Source: an uncultured delta proteobacterium (GTDB taxonomy: Bacteria > Desulfobacterota > Zymogenia > Zymogenales > Zymogenaceae). From it: a stretch of DNA of 64,000 bases. The stretch lies in the NCBI GenBank assembly GCA_963735595.1, contig CAVTLK010000002.1, forward strand, positions 608,001 to 672,000, read 5' to 3'. The notes beneath the pieces were generated by a model. It made no database searches. It had not been told where the DNA came from and saw only the letters and a list, made by a program, of their open reading frames with translations. Within the stretch, counting starts at the first letter, position 1, and each line of letters opens with the position of its first letter. This document shows positions 49,300 through 59,039 of this stretch, piece after piece. The translations under genes were made by a program, and so were the position numbers.

Positions 49300-50502
49300 A
49301 TGGCAAAAGAGACAAAGACCGATATACGATTTGCCGGGAGGGCCGCGGGCGGGTCAGAAACGACGCTGCACCGGGTCTTCGTGGCGGCCGCGGCCAAGGG
49401 CGTCATCTCCTTTGCCGGCGGGTTTCCGAACAAGCGGTTTTTCCCCGCGCGCGAAATCGGGGAGGCGGCCGCCAGGGTGTTGGCCGAAAACGCGCACGAG
49501 GCCCTGCAGTATTCGATAGCCGAGGGATACTTGCCGCTGCGCGAGTATATCTGCGGGCGCTATCACGAAAAGCAGGGGCTTTCGGTAGACCCGGACGAGA
49601 TACTGATCACCAACGGCTCGCAGCAGGCCATCGACCTGATCGCGCGGGTGATGCTGAACGAGGGGGATTTCGCGGCGATAGAGTGCCCCGGCTACCTCGG
49701 GGCGATCGACGCGCTCTCGTTTTACCGGCCCCGGTTCCTCCCCGTCCCGATGACGGACGAAGGGCCCGACCCGGACGCGCTCAAGGCGGCGCTCACCGGC
49801 CGCAGCGTAAAGATCTTCTACGGCGTGCCCAGCTTCCAGAACCCCACCGGCATCAGCTATTCGGCTAAACGGCGGCAGCGGGTTGCGGAAATCATCCAAT
49901 CGACCCGCACGCTCCTGGTGGAAGACAACCCCTACGAGGAGCTCAGGTTCATCGGAGAGCCGCTCCCGCCGATAAAGGGCGCCCTCGGGGGACAGGGGGT
50001 GCTGCTCGGGTCGTTTTCTAAAATCATTGCGCCGGGGCTGAGGATCGGCTGGATTTGCGCCGACCGGCAGATCATGAAGCGTCTCACGGCCGCTAAACAC
50101 GCGGCCGACCTCCATACCGACATCTTCATCCAGCACGTGCTGCACCGCTACGTGACCGACAATGACATCGACGAGCATATCACGGAGATCCGGGAAGTAT
50201 ACGGCAACCAGCGCAACGCCATGATACGGCTGATAGAGGATCATTTCCCGTCCGAGGTGGGCTTCACGCGGCCCGAGGGCGGGCTCTTTCTCTGGATGAC
50301 GCTGCCGCACGGCGTTTCGTCGACGGCACTGTTTGAGCGGGGGCTGGAGAACGGCGTGGTGGTCGTACCGGGGACCGCATTTTACCCGGGGGGCGACGGC
50401 GGCGATAACGCGATCCGGCTCAATTTTTCGGGCGTTGACGAGGACGAGATCAACGTGGGGATGCGCGTGCTGGCCGGCGTGGTCAGGCAGATGATCACAT
50501 AG
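49300..50502 (+). CDS. Class I PLP-dependent aminotransferase (LysN/aromatic aminotransferase-like)
   Basis: ISFAGGFP, TNGSQQ, FQNPTG, EDNPY, GSFSKIIAPGLRIGW and IRLNFS. Confidence 0.92.
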   Translation: MAKETKTDIRFAGRAAGGSETTLHRVFVAAAAKGVISFAGGFPNKRFFPAREIGEAAARVLAENAHEALQYSIAEGYLPLREYICGRYHEKQGLSVDPDEILITNGSQQAIDLIARVMLNEGDFAAIECPGYLGAIDALSFYRPRFLPVPMTDEGPDPDALKAALTGRSVKIFYGVPSFQNPTGISYSAKRRQRVAEIIQSTRTLLVEDNPYEELRFIGEPLPPIKGALGGQGVLLGSFSKIIAPGLRIGWICADRQIMKRLTAAKHAADLHTDIFIQHVLHRYVTDNDIDEHITEIREVYGNQRNAMIRLIEDHFPSEVGFTRPEGGLFLWMTLPHGVSSTALFERGLENGVVVVPGTAFYPGGDGGDNAIRLNFSGVDEDEINVGMRVLAGVVRQMIT

Positions 50503-50535
50503 GCTGCCCCCGGCGGGGCATCAAATTAAAGAGAC

Positions 50536-50563
50536 GGGGAGGGGGCATAGCCGCCCCCTCCCC
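50536..50563. terminator. GC hairpin between convergent genes
   Basis: GGGAGGGGGC-N-GCCCCCTCCC. Confidence 0.6.
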
Positions 50564-50634
50564 GTGCGTTGACCGGCGACCTGGTGATCCGTTCCACTGG
50601 CCGGTGAAACGAGGGACGCGCGCGAAGGCCGGCG

Positions 50635-51621
50635 TTACTTGATGACCACGTCGGCCCGCTTGATGACTTTCGTTGGGATGGTCACCCCGTATTTCTTGGC
50701 CGCGGGAAGGCTCACGTAGAGCAGGAATTCATTGAGGATCTCAACGGGCATATCCCCCGGGTTTGCCCCCTTCAATATCCGTATGGCCATCGCGCCGGTC
50801 TGCCTGCCGAGGCGATAGGGGTCGATGGCGACGGCGGCCATAGCCCCCCGCTCGACCGACAGGACGCTCGAGGCAAAGAGCGGGATACGGTTTTCTTCGC
50901 ACACCTTCGTCACCGATTCGAAGGCGGAGGTAACGGTGTTGTCGGTTGGGATGTGGATGACATCTACCCTGCCGACGAGGCTTTCGGCGGCAGTCATAAC
51001 GTCTCCCGAATTGCTGACGGTCGCCTCAATAAGGGTCATCCCGAGCCGGGCGGCCTCTTTCCTGGCCCAGGTCATGTAGGTGACCGAGTTAGGCTCGCCG
51101 GCATTGTAGATGACCCCGATCTTTTTCGCGTCGGGGGCGATCTCGCGGATCAGGTCAAAGTGCCGGTCCACCGGGGTAACGTAGGAGGAGCCGGTAACGT
51201 TCTTTTTCCCCCCGTCAAGCGACGATACCAGGCCCGCGTCGACCGGGTCGGTCACCGCGGCAAAGAGGATCGGGACCGTTTCGGTGGCCCGCACCAGCGG
51301 CTGTGACGACGGGGTGCTGATGGCAAGGATCAGGTCGGGATTCATCCCGACGAGCTTGTTGGCGATGAGGACCGAGGCGCCCATATCGCCCTGGGCGATG
51401 TTGATATCATACGTGACGGTCGAGCCTTCCTTGTACCCGTTTTCGGCAAGGTAGTCGATAAAGCCCCTGCGGATATCATCCAGTGACGGGTGCTCGACGA
51501 TCTGGGTTATGCCGATGAGGACTTTTGCCTTCTCTTTTTCCGCCGCCCAGACGGGGACGGATACGAGAGAGACTATCGTGAGGGCCGCGAAAAATAGCGC
51601 AATTCTTTTCATTTTCCACAC
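50635..51621 (-). CDS. ABC transporter substrate-binding protein (ABC_sub_bind; Trp/Tyr-binding-like), orphan
   Basis: QIVEHPSLD, AQGD, AVTDPV, YNAGEPNS and PTDNTV. Confidence 0.9.
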   Translation of the reverse strand: MWKMKRIALFFAALTIVSLVSVPVWAAEKEKAKVLIGITQIVEHPSLDDIRRGFIDYLAENGYKEGSTVTYDINIAQGDMGASVLIANKLVGMNPDLILAISTPSSQPLVRATETVPILFAAVTDPVDAGLVSSLDGGKKNVTGSSYVTPVDRHFDLIREIAPDAKKIGVIYNAGEPNSVTYMTWARKEAARLGMTLIEATVSNSGDVMTAAESLVGRVDVIHIPTDNTVTSAFESVTKVCEENRIPLFASSVLSVERGAMAAVAIDPYRLGRQTGAMAIRILKGANPGDMPVEILNEFLLYVSLPAAKKYGVTIPTKVIKRADVVIK

Positions 51622-51814
51622 CTCCTCCTGGGTGATGAGAGATTACGACGCGAAACGTGTCACAATTCTACCACGTTATTCCTAAATGTAAATACGGTCG
51701 AGCCGTTTTGGGACGCGCGGTTGCCCCCCCCCGGGCCCCTATTTTCGGTTTGTATCGGCGGGGCGGTGATAGTATACTTGTTAAACTGATACGCTACCGA
51801 TGCGGAGGTACGCC

Positions 51815-52375
51815 ATGAAGGCGAAGAAGCGGGTTACCCTTATAGCCGGCATTATCGTCGTCTCGACGCTGTTTCTCTTCGGGGGTTTTTGCCTCGAATC
51901 GCCGTCGGCGATGCTGGTCGGCATCGCCAAGGGACAGGCCGGACGCGGGGAGTATGACAAGGCGATCGTGACCTTCAACACGGCGCTGGAAAAATCGCCG
52001 AACTCCTGGTACGTCTACCTGAACCGGGGCGAGTTTTACCTCGAGATCGAGCGCTACGAAGAGGCGGCCGCCGACCTTACCCGCGTCATCGAGCTTTACC
52101 CCAGGTACCACTCCATCTACAAGATCTACGCCGAGCGGGGCGACGCCTGCCGGAAGCTCGGCCGCCATTACAGCGCGATCGCCGACTACAAGACGGCCCT
52201 TTCCCTCAGGCCGAACCACGCTCCGGCGCTCTACGGGCGGGGGCTGTCGCTGGCCGAGATCGGCATGCGCACGGAGGCGTTGGCCGACCTGGGAGGCGCC
52301 TGCGGGCTGAAACTCGAAGCGGCGTGCGATGCGTACAGGGAACTGGCGGCGCGCGCCCCGGGGGGAGCGCCGTGA
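51815..52375 (+). CDS. Tetratricopeptide repeat protein
   Basis: YLNRG..Y..A..D TPR units; N-terminal TM/signal. Confidence 0.8.
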   Translation: MKAKKRVTLIAGIIVVSTLFLFGGFCLESPSAMLVGIAKGQAGRGEYDKAIVTFNTALEKSPNSWYVYLNRGEFYLEIERYEEAAADLTRVIELYPRYHSIYKIYAERGDACRKLGRHYSAIADYKTALSLRPNHAPALYGRGLSLAEIGMRTEALADLGGACGLKLEAACDAYRELAARAPGGAP

Positions 52376-52860
52376 CATCCCCTATCACCCCTATTACTTA
52401 CAAGACGCTCACCAGGGACGACATCGGGTCAATCCGGCCGCTGTGGGAGGCGCTCAACCGGCTCCACCGGGAACGGTCGGCCGATTTCAAGGAGCATTTC
52501 AGGACCACTACCTTTGAGCGGCGGATCGAAAAGTTCCTCGCTCTGCCCGACGACCGCCTGTACGTGCGCGCGGCGGAAGACTCCGGTGCGATCGTCGGTT
52601 ATGTCGTGGCAACCGTCTCGGCCGGGGGGGCCGGTGAGATCGACTCGATATTCATCGAAGACGAGTACCGCGCCCGCGGTGTCGGCAGCGCGCTGATGGA
52701 TCAGGCGCTCGCATGGCTCTCGGCGGCGGGGTGCCGCGAGATCAGCGTGGGGGTCGCCGTGGGCAACGAGGAGGCATTCGGGTTTTACCGGCGCTTCGGC
52801 TTTTACCCGCGGATGACGATCCTTGTGCGAAAAGAGAAGGGGGAGCGGGGCGGCCGTTAG
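52372..52860 (+). CDS. GNAT family N-acetyltransferase
   Basis: YRARGVGSALM and GNEEAFGFYRRFGF. Confidence 0.9.
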   Translation: MTSPITPITYKTLTRDDIGSIRPLWEALNRLHRERSADFKEHFRTTTFERRIEKFLALPDDRLYVRAAEDSGAIVGYVVATVSAGGAGEIDSIFIEDEYRARGVGSALMDQALAWLSAAGCREISVGVAVGNEEAFGFYRRFGFYPRMTILVRKEKGERGGR

Positions 52861-53157
52861 CGAGAAGGGTCGGTTACGGGAAGACGTCTTGCTCCGGCAT
52901 TTTCGTCTATCGGCAGGGACCATGAGGCGCGGGCCCACCCCGGCCGTGTCCGCGGACTTTGACACGGGCCGCTGCGCGAAAGGAATAACGAACCTACGGC
53001 ATATATCTCCCGCTGGTGCCCGTGCCGGGTTTATCTGCCCGAACACCTCTTGCCGCCTATAACTTATATATAAATAATAATGCTTTACATCATACATTAT
53101 ATGTGATAATATTTAACTCTTTTGTACACCAATTAGTAATTAGTGAGGAGGCACTGT

Positions 53158-53565
53158 ATGAAATCTCTTAAAGTGATAGTCATCCTGGCGCTTACTGTCC
53201 TTCTGGTAGTTGCCGTGTTGCCCGGGTGTAAGAAGGCGCCGGAGACGATGACCCCCACGGCCGTCGTCGACGATATTTCGACCCAGAGGGATCAGTATAT
53301 CCAGGAATTCCAGACCAAGGTAGACGAATACCAGGTAAAGATAGATGAGCTCAAGGCAAAGGCCGAGTCAGCGTCCGGAACGGTAAAGGACGAACTGAAC
53401 CAGAAGATCGAGATGCTGACGGCCAAGCAGGAGGAGGCCAAGAGTAAGATCGAAGAGATCAAAACCGCCGGCGCCGACACGTGGGACAACGTAAAGGCCG
53501 GCAGTGATCTCATCCTATCCGACCTCGAAAAGCTCTATAACGATGCGATATCGCTGATCAGGTAA
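53158..53565 (+). CDS. Coiled-coil lipoprotein
   Basis: Lipobox LPGC, heptad-rich body and a TWDNVKAG tail; GAGGAGG RBS. Confidence 0.75.
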   Translation: MKSLKVIVILALTVLLVVAVLPGCKKAPETMTPTAVVDDISTQRDQYIQEFQTKVDEYQVKIDELKAKAESASGTVKDELNQKIEMLTAKQEEAKSKIEEIKTAGADTWDNVKAGSDLILSDLEKLYNDAISLIR

Positions 53566-53691
53566 GTACGCATAGAAAAGGCCGCGCAACGGTTTGTTGC
53601 CCGGCCGGATGGGACAGCCGCCGGAATACCGGCCATACTATTGACTATCAGGGGAGAGCGCGTGTCGCTCTCCCCTGTTTTCGTGTGGTTG

Positions 53692-55032
53692 TTACGACAG
53701 GGGAGGGAGGTCTTTCATCCCGATGATCTTATACAGGTCGACGGGTGTGTCCTTGCCCTTGAGCCTCGTGGGGGAGACCCTTCTTGCCGACACGACGTCG
53801 GCCACGGCGCGGTAGGTCTCCCCGTCCACAACGATATCCGTCCTGAGCCGGCGTCCCGCCTGCATGATGCGTGAGGCGGTGTTGACGGTGTCGCCGATGG
53901 CGGTGTATTCCATCCGCTCCACCGATCCGATGGTGCCAACCACCGCGGGCCCGGTGGCAATCCCGATCCCCATGCCGAGCGAAACGATCCGGTATTGTTC
54001 GGCCAGGGACTGGTTAAACTGCGCCAGCGCGCTGCGCATCTGGACGGCCGCCATCACGGCGCGACGGGGGTCGTCCCCGTGCGGGAAGGGGGCCCCGAAG
54101 ATCGCCATGAACCCGTCCCCGAGGAATTTATCGAGCGTCCCGTCGTGCGTAAAGACGATCTTCACCATGTGCTCGAGATAGCGGTTCAAGAGCCCCACTA
54201 CCTCATAGGGGGAGAGCCGCTCGGAGATCCCGGTGAAATCCCGGATATCGGAAAAGAGGACGGTGACGGTCCGCTCCTCGCCGGACAGCTCCACGTCGCC
54301 GGAGAGGATCTTTTCGGCCGCCGGCCCCGGGAGGTAACGCCCGAGCACCGCGGTGATGAGGTTTCGCCCCTGCTGCTCCTCGAGGTTTTCTATCACGAGC
54401 TTCCTGGCCCTGATGCCGATAATGCCGGACGCGTAGGCCGTCCCCACCAGGAGAACCCCCTTCATGACCGATGAGACGATCGGCACCGGCCCCCCCGCCG
54501 CCACGTAGGGCAGGTCGATCGCGGAAAACGCGATGAATACTGCCATTGACCCGGCAGCGCAGTAATGCGAGTGCCTGATATCCAGCCGCAGCCCCGAAAG
54601 GGCGTTGATGAGAAACAGGCCGTAGAACGGCGCAGCGTCCGCCGACATTACATAGGTGGGGGCATTGGTGGCGTTCCTGTTGATGACGATGGCAACCGCG
54701 ATAAAGACGAGGTCGAGCGTCGTCAGGACGTAGGTGAGCCAGGGGCGGTACCGCTCCGTGGTGAAGAACCGATCCAGGAAAAGGACCAAAAAGAACAGCG
54801 CGAGGGAAAGGGCGGCAAAGACGGAGATATTGAGCACCGTGGATGTATCCCACCGCTTTATCAGTATCGATATAACGGCAAGCAGCACCAGGTTGACACC
54901 GTAGACGATGAGCCTGCCGCGCGTGATAAGCCGCTCGTTCTTGATCTCCTCCCTGAGGAGGCTCTCGCGTACCTGCTCTGATATGCTCTCGTCTCGGGCG
55001 CCGTCCCGATCGTACGCTGGGAAATGTGCCAT
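53692..55032 (-). CDS. Membrane-bound class III adenylate/guanylate cyclase
   Basis: About 6 TM helices, then FSDIRDFT, DKFLGDG and YTAIGDTVNTASR. Confidence 0.92.
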   Translation of the reverse strand: MAHFPAYDRDGARDESISEQVRESLLREEIKNERLITRGRLIVYGVNLVLLAVISILIKRWDTSTVLNISVFAALSLALFFLVLFLDRFFTTERYRPWLTYVLTTLDLVFIAVAIVINRNATNAPTYVMSADAAPFYGLFLINALSGLRLDIRHSHYCAAGSMAVFIAFSAIDLPYVAAGGPVPIVSSVMKGVLLVGTAYASGIIGIRARKLVIENLEEQQGRNLITAVLGRYLPGPAAEKILSGDVELSGEERTVTVLFSDIRDFTGISERLSPYEVVGLLNRYLEHMVKIVFTHDGTLDKFLGDGFMAIFGAPFPHGDDPRRAVMAAVQMRSALAQFNQSLAEQYRIVSLGMGIGIATGPAVVGTIGSVERMEYTAIGDTVNTASRIMQAGRRLRTDIVVDGETYRAVADVVSARRVSPTRLKGKDTPVDLYKIIGMKDLPPLS

Positions 55033-55092
55033 TGTGCAACTCCACTGAAGGTTTGTACTGTGCCGGTCCGCGGCATCCGGGCGGTTATGCGG

Positions 55093-55822
55093 CTATCGGG
55101 CGACCATCAGGTCATAGGTAATTTCGAGGATCGTACCGGGGCCGCCCCGGACGGTAACGACGTACGTGCCCGGATCGAGGTCCGCATAATAGAACCCGTC
55201 TTTCACGTACTGGAGGCCGGCGGGGTCGTCGGCGATGGATTCCTCGTAGGAAAAGAACTCCCGGTTACGATCCGCCGCCGAGACAATGGAAAAACCGATG
55301 ATGGAGCCGTAGCCGCCGTCCGGGCAGGGCGTGAAGCTCGAATCGAACCGGGCGATCGTGAAATGCGTGGCGGTCGACCCTTTCGGAACGGTCAGGGTGC
55401 CCTCCGTCTTCACGCACCGTTCGGAGACGGCGGATTTAACGGTGTATCCGCCTGATACGTCCTTCGGCTTCGGGGCAAAACCCGGGAGGATCGAAGACCG
55501 GGACCGTCACGCCCGGATCGACCAGGAGGACCGAGCCGTGGAGGTAGCCGGTGACCGGTGCGCCGCCATGCCCGAGCCGGACATTGTACCAGTAGTCATC
55601 CGGCACCGCCGCCAGGTAGTCGGTAAACGAGGTGCGCGAGAGGACCTCGATGCGCTGCCCCTTGGCCGTCGCAAATCCGGGGACCTCTTCGACGATAAAG
55701 GACGGCCCCTTCATTAGGGGGATGGAGCCCTCGGTGACGGTCCCATTTTCAACGCCGAGAGATGCGAGGGGAAAGAGGATGACGGCGGCCAATACCGCCA
55801 GGGACGGGAATAATCGTTTCAT
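55093..55822 (-). CDS. Secreted hypothetical protein, paralog of 55892-56656 (apparent frameshift near 55440)
   Basis: Shares VLSRTSFTD..AVPDDYWY, HGS...DPG..PVFDP and DLDPGTYVV...LEITYD with the neighbour. Confidence 0.65.
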
Positions 55823-55891
55823 GTACAAGGCTCCTTTTTTATGTCGGCAGCCGGGAGTTTCCAGCTTTTGGTTTGGCGATACCCCCCGCCG

Positions 55892-56656
55892 TCAAAGGCC
55901 CGGCGCCGGGCCAGGGGCATCCTCTATGTCATAGGTGATCTTCAGTTCAAGACAGGGGGCGCCCGTGACGTCCACTACGTAATCCCCCGGCCCCAGGTCG
56001 AGGGAAAAGAAGGTATCCCGCGCCGTATCAAAATCGCCGGGGCCGGCATCCACCGGAACCTTATAGGCGAAGAGCGGGGCGCCGGGCGGCGATACCGGGG
56101 CAATGGAAAACCAGTCGTTCGGCCGGTCCAGCCATTCTGGGCACTCGAAGGAGTCCGAGCCAAGCCAGTTGAGCCTGAACCGGACGGCTCTTTTCCCGGG
56201 GGGGACGGTAATCGTGCCCGTTGTCTTCTTACGCTCCTTATCGATCGAGGCCGTCAGGGTCAAGCGCACGAAGGCGGGGGCCGTTGTCGATGGGGCGGCG
56301 CCTGCGGGGTCGAAGACCGGGATTGCCCTGCCCGGATCGATCCTGAGGGCCGACCCGTGGATGTAGCCGGTTATCTCCGCGCCGCAGTGCCGGTACATGA
56401 CGAGGTACCAGTAGTCCTCCGGGACGCCCGCCATGCGGTCGGTGAACGAGGTGCGGGAGAGGACGATGACCTCGCTGCCTACCCCCCCCATCTCGAAGAT
56501 GCCGGAATCCCGGCCGACGAAGGACGGCTCCCTCATATAGAAGATTTCGTTACTCGTGATAGTTGCGTTATACTCGGGAGGCTCGTGAGAAAAGGCGATC
56601 AGAGCCGCGGCGAGGAAGAGGGGAATAGTGAAGATCATCAGGAGATAGCGATTCAT
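55892..56656 (-). CDS. Secreted hypothetical protein with an SH3-like N-domain
   Basis: Signal peptide; VLSRTSFTDRMAGVPEDYWY; DLGPGDYVV. Confidence 0.65.
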   Translation of the reverse strand: MNRYLLMIFTIPLFLAAALIAFSHEPPEYNATITSNEIFYMREPSFVGRDSGIFEMGGVGSEVIVLSRTSFTDRMAGVPEDYWYLVMYRHCGAEITGYIHGSALRIDPGRAIPVFDPAGAAPSTTAPAFVRLTLTASIDKERKKTTGTITVPPGKRAVRFRLNWLGSDSFECPEWLDRPNDWFSIAPVSPPGAPLFAYKVPVDAGPGDFDTARDTFFSLDLGPGDYVVDVTGAPCLELKITYDIEDAPGPAPGL

Positions 56657-56752
56657 TAGTATTCCTCGCTGGATAGAGGAGACTGAAGAAGCCTTTCGTG
56701 GCACCGTCTATCATTCACAGGCGCGGCCGGAATTGACCTGTCCCCGGCCGCC

Positions 56753-57547
56753 TCACCAGAGTACCGACAGGCACGTCAGGCCGCCGTCGGCCCTGGCGAA
56801 TTCGGATATATCACAGGTGATTACCGGAAACCCCGCCCGCTCGATCCGCCGCCTCGTCTCGGGAAAGCCGTCGGCCACGATGATAGTCCCGTTTACGGTC
56901 AGCACGCACGCGGCGCCGGCCTCTTCTTCGGGGACGGTGATCTTTTTGGTTCCGTCAAACGCCGGATCGGCCAGGAACGCCTTGAGACCGAGCACCGCGT
57001 CGGGCGAGAGCGGCGTGACTGCCGATTTGAGGTGCAGGCCGAAGGGGACCTCGACAAACCGCGCATCGCCGCCGTGTTCCTTCGCGATTCGGCCGAGCTC
57101 TTCGGCACCGCGGATATCTGTGCGTTCCGAGAGCCCAATGAGGTAGGTGCGCCCCAGCCGCAGGATGTCCCCGCCGTCCAGCGTCCCATCGCCGCTCATC
57201 CGGTAGACCTCCTTACGGCGTGCGATCTCCCGCTCGATAGAGACCGTCTCTCCCCTGCGGGAGGGGGCCCCGGGGCGCGTGATGACCGCGAGGTCCGGCA
57301 GCATAACGCAGGTGTCTTCCACGAAACAGCCGTCGGGAAAGGCGGGCTCGGCGGGCAATTGAATAAGGTCAACGCCGAGGTCAGTAAGAATCCTCGCATA
57401 TCGTGTGTGCTGGAGCAGGGCGAGCTCGAAATCAATACCGGCCGCGGCCCCGCTGCTGCTCAGCGCCCCGGTCATCTCGGGGCCGGGACGCCGGACGACG
57501 CCCCCGGTGTAACGATAGGCGAAAAATTCCGATTCGTCTGTGCTCAT
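56753..57547 (-). CDS. Dimethylarginine dimethylaminohydrolase / amidinotransferase family
   Basis: PDGCFVED, DGGD, LHLKS and GGLTCLS (catalytic Cys). Confidence 0.9.
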   Translation of the reverse strand: MSTDESEFFAYRYTGGVVRRPGPEMTGALSSSGAAAGIDFELALLQHTRYARILTDLGVDLIQLPAEPAFPDGCFVEDTCVMLPDLAVITRPGAPSRRGETVSIEREIARRKEVYRMSGDGTLDGGDILRLGRTYLIGLSERTDIRGAEELGRIAKEHGGDARFVEVPFGLHLKSAVTPLSPDAVLGLKAFLADPAFDGTKKITVPEEEAGAACVLTVNGTIIVADGFPETRRRIERAGFPVITCDISEFARADGGLTCLSVLW

Positions 57548-57604
57548 GCGCGGGCTCCGTTTAGCTCGGCGGGCGACTGTATTCGTCCCGTACGGGTGCC
57601 GTGA

Positions 57605-58243
57605 TCAGGACGCAGTGGGGTTGTTTGCAAAGTATTCGCATTGATGGCGGATTGGACAGACGGGGCAGAGCGGCTTCTTGGCCTTGCAAACCGCCCTCCC
57701 GTGGGAAGTCAACAGCAGAGAGAAATGGGACCAGCGGGACTCCGCAATGGTCTCCCGCAGCTCAAACTCTATCTTCTCGGAATCGTTTTGAACGGTAAGG
57801 CCGATGCGCCGCGACAGGCGAAATACATGCGTATCCACGACGATACCGGCCTTATTGAACCCGCAGGTCAGCACGAGGTTTGCCGTCTTGCGGCCGATCC
57901 CCGGCAGGGCCACGAGCTCTTCCATCGTTTTTGGGACTGTGCCCCCGTGGCGCTCTTTGATCATGCCGGCGCATTCCCGGATGGCCTTTGCCTTGTTGCG
58001 GAAGAACCCCGTGGAATGAACCTCGTCTTCCAGGACGCTGGTTTCGGCGGCGGCGTAGTCGGCGGCGGTCTTGTATTTCTTGAAGAGCCGGGAAGTTACC
58101 TCGTTGACGCGCTCATCGGTGCATTGGGCCGAAAGGATGGACGCGACCAGGAGCTCCAGGGGGTTAGTAAACGTGAGGGCACATCGCGTGTCCGGGTAAG
58201 TGGAATCGAGGATCCGATAGATTGCATCAATTTTGTCTTTCAT
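57605..58243 (-). CDS. nth: Endonuclease III
   Basis: LSAQCTD, LPGIGRKTAN, VDTHV and C..KKPLCPVCP...C (4Fe-4S). Confidence 0.95.
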   Translation of the reverse strand: MKDKIDAIYRILDSTYPDTRCALTFTNPLELLVASILSAQCTDERVNEVTSRLFKKYKTAADYAAAETSVLEDEVHSTGFFRNKAKAIRECAGMIKERHGGTVPKTMEELVALPGIGRKTANLVLTCGFNKAGIVVDTHVFRLSRRIGLTVQNDSEKIEFELRETIAESRWSHFSLLLTSHGRAVCKAKKPLCPVCPIRHQCEYFANNPTAS

Positions 58244-58340
58244 GGGGATTTCTCGTTGGGGGTGGAAACAAAAACACTACTACTTTATCACTTTGGGAGC
58301 GATTTATCAAACGTTTTAATTATTCTGGCGGGAACGGACA

Positions 58341-58370
58341 TTGACAATCTGACATTACCGGGCATAGAAT
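58341..58370 (+). promoter_or_regulatory. Putative sigma70 promoter
   Basis: TTGACA-18 nt-TAGAAT. Confidence 0.5.
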
Positions 58371-58429
58371 AGGAGCACGTCTGTTTCATGCCCCCTCATC
58401 CTGCAGCTATTTCTGACGGAGATGTACGC

Positions 58430-58921
58430 ATGTTTCGAACAATGAGAAGGAAAAATCAGCAATTATCCCGGGAAGAAGCCATTGGAATCCTGCAATCGTG
58501 TCCGACCGGGATACTCGGCCTAATCGGCGACGATGACTACCCCTATACGGTGCCTCTCAACTATGTTTATGGCGACGATAAACTGTTCTTTCATTGCGCA
58601 AAGGAAGGCCATAAGATCGACGGTATGAGAAAGAATGACAAGGTAACCTTCTGCGTAGTAGAACAGGACGAGGTCGTTCCAAAGGCCCTCGCGACGAAGT
58701 ACCGCAGCGTCATCGTCTTCGGAACGGCGAGGGTACTGACCGGCGACGCCGAGAGGCGGGACGCCCTGGACCGGTTAATCGAAAAGTACTCCCCTGACTA
58801 CCGGGAAGTGGGAAAGCAGGCGATCGAAAAAGAATGGGACCTCGTATCAGTGGTGGAAATCAAGATCGAGCATATGACGGGAAAGACTGCGATAAAAGGT
58901 GTAATGGATATGGAGCAATAA
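58430..58921 (+). CDS. Pyridoxamine 5'-phosphate oxidase family / Nim-like flavin-binding protein
   Basis: MRRKNQQL, YPYTVPLNY, FHCAKEGHK, YRSVIVFG and MTGK. Confidence 0.85.
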   Translation: MFRTMRRKNQQLSREEAIGILQSCPTGILGLIGDDDYPYTVPLNYVYGDDKLFFHCAKEGHKIDGMRKNDKVTFCVVEQDEVVPKALATKYRSVIVFGTARVLTGDAERRDALDRLIEKYSPDYREVGKQAIEKEWDLVSVVEIKIEHMTGKTAIKGVMDMEQ

Positions 58922-59039
58922 GGCGGTCAAGAAGGAGCCTCCGGCATATGACGTGATAGATGGAAACGAAGCGGCCCATGAACTATCATGGGCCGCTTTG
59001 GTTGTATATCTTACACCATGTCCGTGAACTCCGGGGCGT

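Noticed and set aside
58430..58921. Calling this a nim metronidazole-resistance gene
   Set aside because: Family membership is clear, but a resistance function cannot be inferred from motifs alone.
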